Origin: Candidatus Micrarchaeota archaeon
Lineage (GTDB): Archaea > Micrarchaeota > Micrarchaeia > Anstonellales > Anstonellaceae
DNA length: 64,000 bases
NCBI GenBank assembly: GCA_021814005.1
Contig: JAKAJC010000004.1
Location: forward strand, 230-64,229
Direction of reading: 5' to 3'
The notes under the pieces are model-generated. The model had not been told where the DNA came from. It ran no database searches and saw only the letters and a list, made by a program, of their open reading frames with translations. Of this stretch, positions 20,101 through 27,199 are shown piece after piece (position 1 is the first letter of the stretch; each line of letters begins with the position of its first letter). The position numbers were made by a program, and so were the translations under genes.

Positions 20101-21423
20101 CCCAACGGCCGCGCGTTCGCCTCCTGTGCCGCCTGCCCAACCGACTGCCGCTATGATTATCTCACTGCCGCGGGCATCAGGCGCCCAAACAGCCAGGACA
20201 ACTACTGCGGCTGGAGCTTCACCGCGCCAACCGCATGCTTTTCCATCACGCTGGAGCGCCTGCGCGGCAGCGACATCCCAAGCGTGAACAACACCCGCTA
20301 TTATTCGTGCACGCAGACCGAAGCAGGCCAATACCACTGGGTGCGCACAAGCAGCGGCGTTGACAACAGAAGCGACAGCGGCTGCAACGCGGCCTGGTAT
20401 CCGATTGGCCACTTCACCAACCAAACCGTTGCCAACCTCGCGTGCGGCCCAGGCACTTTCAGCAACACCACGAGCGATGTCTACTCATGCACGCCGGTCC
20501 ACAAGTATCCGGCCCTCGACAGCCTTGTCACCTCTTCGGGCGGGCCTTCCGATTACCGCGAATGCGGAGACATAAGCGTCAACGGCCAGAATCCGAACAA
20601 CAACCTCTGCGGCGCGCGCACGTTCGGCGGCGCAAGCGTCCAGCTGTGCAAGAACGACCGCGCGGCAACAGATTCGTGCTTTGCCCACTTCAACGCGCTC
20701 GCGGTTGCCTGCCTGCCGATTACCGGCGTGGTGAATGATTACACAGACCCCGCCAACAATCCGACCAAGGCGGAGGAGAGCTGCCAGAACTGCCCGCTCT
20801 TCTGCCGCATAGACAACGGCGGCCAGATATGCTCGCCGTGGTCTGCCGGCGGCGAGCCTCCCAAATGTGATTTCCCCAACCAGTGCGACCGGCGCACTGC
20901 TCAGGGCAGCGGCTACTGCGGCATCCCGTCATCAGCATTCAAAATTGGCCAGGGCTGCGCGAATTACACCGGCGGCTCCGGCGTGGGCTGCCCCGCCCGC
21001 TGCCGCGTTTCACTGCCGTCCGGCAACGTGCCATACGGCTGCTCGGGCGGTGAAATCGGCAACGCATGCTCGCCCGGCAATCTTGATTCGGCATGCACCG
21101 CCACCCCGCCCGACAATCCGTGCGCAGGCTGCGGCGAATGCGACACCGACTGCCGCTCCACGCCTTATGTGCGGCAGAACTGCGACGACCTCTGCCTGCC
21201 GACAGACTTTGCCACCGGAGCCTCGCCCATCACGCCCAAGGACCTTTTGATGTCGTGGGAAGGCGCGTCGGGCAACCCCGACTGGCGCTCATTGGGCTCT
21301 TTGGGCATCGCCGCTTTCCTGCTGCCGATTCTCAACATCATACTCACTCTTGCATTCATCCGCAGCCTCTCGCCGGTGCTGGGCGGCGACATCGAGATTC
21401 CGGGAATACTCAAGGTGCTGTGA
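17194..21423 (+). CDS. Giant Cys-rich membrane glycoprotein G5 (1409 aa). An N-terminal paralogous membrane module is fused to a roughly 1000-aa Cys-rich ectodomain, followed by a C-terminal TM.
   Basis: The motifs are VYMAGIFFQSEDAKQLARTEI and LAPALLFLGVILRSLFFTRKLGGMMLAAG. The ectodomain has at least 13 copies of C-[PD]-x-x-C-[RKQ], for example CPSECRF, CPAFCRT, CPLYCRS, CPIECRV, CPLSCRL, CPTDCRY, CPLFCRI, CPARCRV and CDTDCRS. It also has many N-x-S/T sequons. The C-terminus is AFLLPILNIILTLAFIRSLSPVLGGDIEIPGILKVL. Confidence 0.75.
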   Translation: MRNENENPARRESGVCFAPVNTAPAGFLPLHAPHVFLFLLCLLCISPIIFSQNTTIQPVLTAQNATFGFDNYVRATLAAAALMAAIMALVYMAGIFFQSEDAKQLARTEILQTALSVIIVAFLLAILLGVDTGLRLTSAEIVSPCVGRTLPASITSATLLNQYAFCYAQGLNEMAIAQGDTTIRKSVTFAKKAYRMEGFQTDLWWLLYGGLTRRPDANLRLDSEIMGQEFTLLTSFMVSLQGQLAFLQYIVPALAPALLFLGVILRSLFFTRKLGGMMLAAGAGLLLVWPATYLLSWFTLQVAVFGPSVMGEEPGSTCPTSCKILPPAGYNISTANPDSWGSPPAGSPYATGAISAKQMASAGGSSIAPDIGDEAAWKLRGVQTCYPQYNYTEDKTTGTRTYTLPAGYSSSVPVQSSDKCPSECRFLPTPTDLNCDLAACDNIPIACKAIRAMNLSTSPLPNPPDNCNSCTSCPAFCRTILPQVKYANPANPAAGVVPTTNANSCSANPGNATLCPLYCRSYLHTDASNTISYSTPDCQAACQATLDNKKDAATSQPDCMLGIPAAMMECNTPNVCGPAMNLEAAIASGRTDLCPIECRVNFNSSGTEDRYKDPTFNQYCTGSGKFGTACDTQCPSTCKVKASAENAALPNSFSLGVPNSFIVSTGAGSVLCAAAPTFTNGQMDSSVNGQCARCPLSCRLRNPSSILDLDNNHSTYFFSQSHYALTCNYRNTTPIILYSGACRNSTFPPGWLAFASEDPSGISLSQIGRGPPECAPTARIYLRMDSSDPLCPLFLAPIPPYIKDGTLSNDPSNSAVSAIIPPNTDVSAECSTPDAQKYCLGKDPQGQPYCDISCQPDRAVNGPFYCHLTDLYSPLSSIPDNTQRCGACSSPAADNSKGPQCQVMLTSGSTLYLPKGCDPSCAPGSLDTATGIILNPDTDPKSRASCGGFCYPRLPIPSCSAYAPASTTNPNGRAFASCAACPTDCRYDYLTAAGIRRPNSQDNYCGWSFTAPTACFSITLERLRGSDIPSVNNTRYYSCTQTEAGQYHWVRTSSGVDNRSDSGCNAAWYPIGHFTNQTVANLACGPGTFSNTTSDVYSCTPVHKYPALDSLVTSSGGPSDYRECGDISVNGQNPNNNLCGARTFGGASVQLCKNDRAATDSCFAHFNALAVACLPITGVVNDYTDPANNPTKAEESCQNCPLFCRIDNGGQICSPWSAGGEPPKCDFPNQCDRRTAQGSGYCGIPSSAFKIGQGCANYTGGSGVGCPARCRVSLPSGNVPYGCSGGEIGNACSPGNLDSACTATPPDNPCAGCGECDTDCRSTPYVRQNCDDLCLPTDFATGASPITPKDLLMSWEGASGNPDWRSLGSLGIAAFLLPILNIILTLAFIRSLSPVLGGDIEIPGILKVL

Positions 21424-21428
21424 GAAAA

Positions 21429-22718
21429 ATGGCGCGAGCTCAAAAAACAAAAACAAAAAATGAAAAAGAAAACGGCTGCTCCCGTTTCGCGAGCATTGGC
21501 TTCGCGCGCGCCAGCCCTGCGCGCGCCAGCCCCGCGTTTTCTTCGGCGCGCTCGAGCGCGCTGCGGCATTTTGTTTTCTTGTTTATTACGGCCTCTCTGT
21601 TCCTTATCCCATCAATTCACGCGGCCGCCGCATGGCAGCCGGCAGTTTTCGCAGCCGTGCTCATCTCCGTCTCCGTGCTGGCAGTCGTTTACATGATTGT
21701 AACCGTGCTGAAATGGGACAGGTTCAAGGGCATCATAAAAGACGAGCTCGGCCAGACGTTCATCACATTTCTTCTGGTGGTCCTGCTTGTTGCAGGCATG
21801 TCCGAAGGCGAAACCCAAGCGTCGAAACTTGTGTGCGGCATTTCCGGCATGCCAGACTCCGGCTTCTGCCCGACTCCCGCGCGCGACACCATGATTTTCT
21901 GCAAAACTGCCGGAAGCAATCCCACCACATGCCCCATCACCGGCAGCCAGCCGCTCAACAACTGGGCCCTCTCGCTCAACACCAACGCGCAGTCTCTCCT
22001 GAGCACCAACCTGCTCGCCAAGGCGCTGGAGTTCAACCAAAAACTCGGCTATGTGAGCTCGGTGTCGGGCTTCTGCAACATGCTTGGCGTGGGCTTCTCC
22101 ATCGCCGGCTGCTCCACTTACGGCGTGCTGCGCGGACCCGTCGGCCAGCTGCTCAACGCAATCGGCATCGGATTGATGGATTTGCAGGCAGAGCGGATTC
22201 TGCTCCAGCTCAACACTGCCGGTTTCACGCTGAGCCTGCTTTTGCCGCTTGGCATCCTGCTCCGCGCGCTGCACTGGACCAGAAAGGCGGGCGGCACGCT
22301 CATCGCCCTCGCACTCTCGCTCTACTTCATTTTCCCCGCGTCGCTTTTGCTTGGGCAGGCGATGGCAGACCAGTTCATCAAGACGGGCAGCCCGTATCAG
22401 GCCCTCGCAGCCGGCCCGACGTTTCCGGCAATGAGCGGCAGCTACAATCCGCTCGACACATCTACCGTCGAATGCAATCCATTTGACCCAAGCACCGGCA
22501 AGATGGTCAACACCATGAACAGCTTCCTCACGCGCAGTCCTTCCGACCCCGCGAACGTCAAGAATCCATCCACCATCGACCAGATTCTTTTCGTTGTGAT
22601 GATACGCAACCTGATGATAACCATCGTGGCGCTCACAGTCACCCTCTCCGCCACGCGCGTGCTGGGCCACGCCCTTGGCGCGGAAATCGACGTGTGGGGC
22701 ATTGCGAGGCTGAGCTAA
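21429..22718 (+). CDS. Polytopic membrane protein, paralogous module family member M4 (430 aa)
   Basis: Start taken at MARAQKTK; the track's 21093 start overlaps G5 and is unlikely. The motifs are AVVYMIVTVLKWDRFKGIIKDEL, LLPLGILLRALHWTRKAGGTLIALALSLYFIFP and a C-terminal LGAEIDVWGIARLS. Confidence 0.7.
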   Translation: MARAQKTKTKNEKENGCSRFASIGFARASPARASPAFSSARSSALRHFVFLFITASLFLIPSIHAAAAWQPAVFAAVLISVSVLAVVYMIVTVLKWDRFKGIIKDELGQTFITFLLVVLLVAGMSEGETQASKLVCGISGMPDSGFCPTPARDTMIFCKTAGSNPTTCPITGSQPLNNWALSLNTNAQSLLSTNLLAKALEFNQKLGYVSSVSGFCNMLGVGFSIAGCSTYGVLRGPVGQLLNAIGIGLMDLQAERILLQLNTAGFTLSLLLPLGILLRALHWTRKAGGTLIALALSLYFIFPASLLLGQAMADQFIKTGSPYQALAAGPTFPAMSGSYNPLDTSTVECNPFDPSTGKMVNTMNSFLTRSPSDPANVKNPSTIDQILFVVMIRNLMITIVALTVTLSATRVLGHALGAEIDVWGIARLS

Positions 22719-25700
22719 ATGGAGAAAAAGAACCGGCCGCATTCACCGAAGTTCTCATCGCCATCGCCCATGCCGCACCTTGCGCTGTTATTTCTCTTGG
22801 CCGCAGTTCTGCTCGCTCCATTTGTTTCGGCAGACATAACCGCAACAATTGATTACAACAGCGCCCCTCCCCCGCCCGCCTCGCCCTGGCTCACCATAAC
22901 TCCGATGACTGTGGGCGTGAGCGCCGACTGCGGCACCATACCGCCCTGCGTGCCGCCGTTCAGAATCAATTTCCAGTTCGTCTGCGGCGGCACCCCTGTG
23001 CAGGAAACATTCACAAACGTCCCGCCGGCCTCCCGAACAGCATACACCTATTATCCAAACTCCGACCCCGCATGCCGCGAGCCGACGCCGCTGAATTCCA
23101 TAATCACAATCACCGACACTACTGGACAATCATTTTTCACGCAAAGTTTCCCCGTAGCTCTGGCAAATGGTACAGACACCACTCCGCCGGGCATCTCGTG
23201 GAATCCCGTGCCGCCGCCAGAATATGATGCGGGCGCAACCATCAGCTTCGGCTTCACAGTCACCGACCCTGACGACAACACCAACGCGATTCCGACATTG
23301 TATCCAAATGTCGCCACGGCCGAGGTGGAAATCACCGACTTGGGAAACGGCCAGGTCTATGGGCCATATGACATGGGCCCGTTCCCTCCACCGAACGGCT
23401 GGAGCACCCAAGTCTTTCATATAGAAGGCACCCCCAGCGCCGACCACACTGTTGAAATCAACTGCAGCCGCCTCAACTGCGTCGGAGATTTGCAAATAAA
23501 AGTCAGGTCCCACGACCCTGCGGGCCTTGGCATTACCCTGCCGCCAATGATTGTGCGCAGGCGCGGCGGCCTGGTTCTTCCCTCTCCCATATTGGGCATC
23601 ATCCCGCCCGCACCCGTCTGCCCCAACGCGGCCATCCGCGCCATGGCAAACCAGCCGTCTGGCTCCCCTGCAATAGACAGCCATGAATACAGCTGGTCCA
23701 TCACTCCAAATCCTCCGGTGCAGATAGATACTGTGCCCGACACCGCCAAAACGGGCGCCACTTCAGACACATTCGACTGCGCGGCGCGCAACTGCCAGAA
23801 CGGCCAGACCGTGTCAGTAAGCGTGCTCGCCATCGCCGGCGCCCAGCGCTCCCCTCCCAACGCCACCCTGATTCTCGTCGACGGCAGCAGCCTTGACTGC
23901 AGAATGCCGGCAGCCCCGCTTCTCACCAACCAGACAATATCCATCTCGCCCTTCAACGCGATAGTGCTGGCAAACCAGAGCAACAACGATCCGCGAGCCG
24001 TGCTCCACCGCTATGTCTGGACCATGGCCGACGGCACAGTCATCGAATCCCCGCTCATGCCCCTGCCAATCCAAAATGTCACATCAGCTCCCGTGCCCTG
24101 CGCCGCGAATCCAAACCTCTACTGCCCGTCGGGAGGAACCGTCCTTCTCACGGTCTATTCATACACTGCGCAGAATGTGCAATCCCAGCCAGCATTTATC
24201 TCCATCTTAATTCCGGCGCGCTCAGCCCTCAATCCGCCGGTGGTTGTCACCAAGCCCTTCAGCCCGTATGACAACGACACCATCGTGCTTGTTGCAAACA
24301 ACCAGAACGAAGAGGTGGACCGGCACCAGTACCGCCTGCTCATCATCAATGCGGACGGCACTATATACCAAGAAATCGATGCTCCAATCTACGACACTGT
24401 TTCCACAACCGCGGCAGACAAACACACCACCACATCCAAGCCATTCACCTGCACGACAAGCGTATGCAGGGGCCGCTTTGCCAACATAACCGCCCGCGCC
24501 TACAATTCCCTTGGCTGGTCAGACTGGTCTCCCTGGCTGAGCGTCCCATTCGGCCCGCCGCCGATTCCTGCGCCAATACTTGTGCGCATCGACCCGATTC
24601 CACCCGGCAATTCGATGCTGTCAGACATCAATTCCGGACTTGGCGCGCTCCTCAACACCTCGCTTGCCTACAGCTTCACAATAACCCCGCCCGCCGGCCA
24701 GCCGCCGTTCAACGACTATATTCCAACCCTCACAGTCAACGGCGCAGACGCGCCGGTTTCATCCAGCCGCTCGGGCAACAATCTCATCATCACTCTGGCC
24801 TGCACCCCGTCATCATGTCCGAACGGCTCAATCCTCACATACAAGGTAATCGGCGTGCAGGCGGGAGCGAATTCCACTCCCCTGTATTTCTCGCTTGTAG
24901 TTCCGCAGGCGAGCGGCATGCCCGCGCAGGTGGGCGTCATCTGTTCCGGCGCCGAACTGCAAAGATGGCTGCAGGTGATGGCCATCGGCATGATGGCCCT
25001 TCTCGCCCTTATCGCGCTCGTCTATATGATTGGCGAGGCGCTGCACCACCCGCAGCTTTTGGAATGGTCCAAATCAGAAATCGGGCACGTGGGCATGACC
25101 ATCATCCTCTTCTTCCTCATCGTATGGCTGATTCAGTTCCAGTGCAACCTGACGGTGGGCGAATTCCTCAACTGGTCTGGCTCGTCAAACCCCCTCTACT
25201 CGTCAGGCATGACGCTTTCACAGGCAGGTCTCAAATCGCTTGAATGGGGCATCACCCAGACGCGGCTCACCCTCGTGGCCATGCGCTACGAGATGGGAGT
25301 GCTCAACATGCGGGCCACCTATTCCTCCTACTCCACCCAGTTCCCCGGAATGGGCGGCAACGGCTACAGCTTCATGCCCTTCTCGGGCGATTACACCCTG
25401 CTCGGCTCGTTCGGCATGCTCACCAACCTCAACTCCACTTTCCTGCTCGCGCTCCTCTTCCAGCTATTCTCGCTGTTCTTCTTTTCCTCTTCCAGCGGGC
25501 TGTTCATATTCCTCGTGCCGGTCGGCCTCATACTGCGCTCGGTTCCGTTCATACGCGGATTCGGCGGCTCGCTGGTGGCCATCGGCATCGGCTTCTACAT
25601 ATTCTATCCGATTCTGCTTGCCTTCACCGGCCTTCTGCTCGCGCCGCTCTACTCGGGCATTGACTCCACCAGCCAGCTCGGCATCGCCGACGCCTCGCAG

Positions 25701-25991
25701 CTGGAGGCAAAAGAGCTTGCGATTCACACGCCATTCAGCAGCACCGGCCTTGCTGGCGACAACATTTTCAGCTACAATCCGGGCGACCCGTATCCGGGGC
25801 CGCTGATGCCCACCGCCGGCAAGGACTCGCCGCCGAAGCTGGGAATATATTTCAATCTAACTGCCCTGAATTTCCTGCGCGCCATCCTCATTCCGACCGC
25901 AGGGCTGATAGTGACCGTGTCATTTGTGCGCGACCTCGCGGCCATTTTCGGCGAAGAGGTGGACGCGTCGAAACTGATTGCCATGATTTAG
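22719..25991 (+). CDS. Giant surface glycoprotein G7 (1090 aa). It has a signal peptide, a roughly 700-aa sequon-rich ectodomain and a C-terminal paralogous membrane module.
   Basis: The signal peptide is LALLFLLAAVLLAPFVSADI. There are many N-x-S/T sites (NGT, NCS, NQT, NAT, NVT, NDT, NIT, NTS, NGS, NST). The module motifs are LVYMIGEALHHPQLLEWSKSEI, LVPVGLILRSVPFIRGFGGSLVAIGIGFYIFYP and a C-terminal ILIPTAGLIV...FGEEVDASKLIAMI. Its ATG abuts the stop of the upstream gene. Confidence 0.75.
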   Translation: MEKKNRPHSPKFSSPSPMPHLALLFLLAAVLLAPFVSADITATIDYNSAPPPPASPWLTITPMTVGVSADCGTIPPCVPPFRINFQFVCGGTPVQETFTNVPPASRTAYTYYPNSDPACREPTPLNSIITITDTTGQSFFTQSFPVALANGTDTTPPGISWNPVPPPEYDAGATISFGFTVTDPDDNTNAIPTLYPNVATAEVEITDLGNGQVYGPYDMGPFPPPNGWSTQVFHIEGTPSADHTVEINCSRLNCVGDLQIKVRSHDPAGLGITLPPMIVRRRGGLVLPSPILGIIPPAPVCPNAAIRAMANQPSGSPAIDSHEYSWSITPNPPVQIDTVPDTAKTGATSDTFDCAARNCQNGQTVSVSVLAIAGAQRSPPNATLILVDGSSLDCRMPAAPLLTNQTISISPFNAIVLANQSNNDPRAVLHRYVWTMADGTVIESPLMPLPIQNVTSAPVPCAANPNLYCPSGGTVLLTVYSYTAQNVQSQPAFISILIPARSALNPPVVVTKPFSPYDNDTIVLVANNQNEEVDRHQYRLLIINADGTIYQEIDAPIYDTVSTTAADKHTTTSKPFTCTTSVCRGRFANITARAYNSLGWSDWSPWLSVPFGPPPIPAPILVRIDPIPPGNSMLSDINSGLGALLNTSLAYSFTITPPAGQPPFNDYIPTLTVNGADAPVSSSRSGNNLIITLACTPSSCPNGSILTYKVIGVQAGANSTPLYFSLVVPQASGMPAQVGVICSGAELQRWLQVMAIGMMALLALIALVYMIGEALHHPQLLEWSKSEIGHVGMTIILFFLIVWLIQFQCNLTVGEFLNWSGSSNPLYSSGMTLSQAGLKSLEWGITQTRLTLVAMRYEMGVLNMRATYSSYSTQFPGMGGNGYSFMPFSGDYTLLGSFGMLTNLNSTFLLALLFQLFSLFFFSSSSGLFIFLVPVGLILRSVPFIRGFGGSLVAIGIGFYIFYPILLAFTGLLLAPLYSGIDSTSQLGIADASQLEAKELAIHTPFSSTGLAGDNIFSYNPGDPYPGPLMPTAGKDSPPKLGIYFNLTALNFLRAILIPTAGLIVTVSFVRDLAAIFGEEVDASKLIAMI

Positions 25992-26004
25992 GAGAGAACC
26001 TGCC

Positions 26005-27198
26005 ATGACAAAACAAAAAATAAAATCAAAAACAAATTCGGCCCCCATGTCGGGATTGCTTTCGGCCAGCCGCGCACGTTTCACCCTCTCCTCCTTCTTC
26101 CTCACATTCTTCTTCATCCTCTTCCTCTCGTCAATTCTCGCGGCTCTCGACCCCAACGCCCTCACATGGAGCAATCCCGACAAGCTCATGGTCCGCTCGG
26201 CCGGCTACTTCCAGCCAACCTCGCCCAACAGCTGGTACCGCATGGTCATTCCCGCTCTGGCCATCTGCATTTTTGCCAACACTCTTGTCTATGTGTTCGG
26301 GCGCGTTGCGAACGCGCCGCACGTGGTCCAGTTCGCGAAATCAGAATTCTACCAGGTCACGGCCTCGGCAGTCATGATATTCATTTTGGTGGCCGCGGGC
26401 GCGGAATCATTCCGCTATATTCAGGACAGCGGCCTGCTGCCCGCAGGCACCACGACTTTGTGCTACGGACAGGCGATGTCAGTTTGGGATGTGGGGCCGT
26501 TCGGCATAATCCGCTGCAAGCTGCAGGAGAAAATCGACTATGTTGAAGACCTCTACAATCAGGCATGGACTCTCAACGCCAATGTCGAGCCTCTCACCAC
26601 CTATTCGCTCTACCTCTTCAACATACCCGTCTATGTGTGGGACTGGAACACCGCCCTGCATTCGCAGATGGAGCAGGCCCACTTCATAGCCAACAAGCTC
26701 ACGCCAATCGGCATCAGCCTTCACGCGCAATTCATGTTTGCAGAATATCTTGCCCAGAACATGCTCAACGTATTTTTGCCGGTCGGCCTGCTGCTGCGCA
26801 TCTTCCCCATCCTGCGCGGCATCGGCTCTCTCATGGTGGCCATCTCAATCGGCTTCTTCTTCGTGTTCCCCATCGCATACATTTTGATGGACCCGACAAC
26901 CGTGCGGCCCGACCCTGCCACCCTCATACCGGCGGTCAATGACAACAAGGCCAACGTGTGCTACACTTCGTTCAGCGGCATGGTGACCACCTACACCCAA
27001 ATCGCCCCGAAGGTGGCGCAAAAGGCGGAGACGGCCGACATCACCCAAATAGGCTCGGAACTTGCCAAACTGCAGATAGAGGCGTTCTTCTATCCGCTTG
27101 CCGCGCTTGCCACCGCGCTGGTGTTCATCTCCATCGCCACGCCAATCTTGGGCGGCGACTCGGGGGAAATCATGCACTTCCTCACAAAGGTGATATGA
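26005..27198 (+). CDS. Polytopic membrane protein, paralogous module family member M6 (397 aa)
   Basis: The motifs are LVYVFGRVANAPHVVQFAKSEF, FLPVGLLLRIFPILRGIGSLMVAISIGFFFVFP and a C-terminal FFYPLAALATALVF...LGGDSGEIMHFLTKVI. Confidence 0.7.
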   Translation: MTKQKIKSKTNSAPMSGLLSASRARFTLSSFFLTFFFILFLSSILAALDPNALTWSNPDKLMVRSAGYFQPTSPNSWYRMVIPALAICIFANTLVYVFGRVANAPHVVQFAKSEFYQVTASAVMIFILVAAGAESFRYIQDSGLLPAGTTTLCYGQAMSVWDVGPFGIIRCKLQEKIDYVEDLYNQAWTLNANVEPLTTYSLYLFNIPVYVWDWNTALHSQMEQAHFIANKLTPIGISLHAQFMFAEYLAQNMLNVFLPVGLLLRIFPILRGIGSLMVAISIGFFFVFPIAYILMDPTTVRPDPATLIPAVNDNKANVCYTSFSGMVTTYTQIAPKVAQKAETADITQIGSELAKLQIEAFFYPLAALATALVFISIATPILGGDSGEIMHFLTKVI

Positions 27199-27199
27199 G

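Noticed and set aside
21093-21428. 5' extension of the M4 ORF overlapping the end of G5
   Set aside because: It would overlap G5 by over 300 nt in another frame. The extension is Arg/His-rich. An ATG (MARAQKTK) sits 6 nt after the G5 stop and precedes the signal-like hydrophobic segment.
21612-22742. 376-aa minus-strand ORF and 284-aa plus-strand alternative-frame ORF overlapping module M4
   Set aside because: Same reasoning. The in-frame sense ORF carries the paralog motifs. These are GC-driven shadow ORFs.
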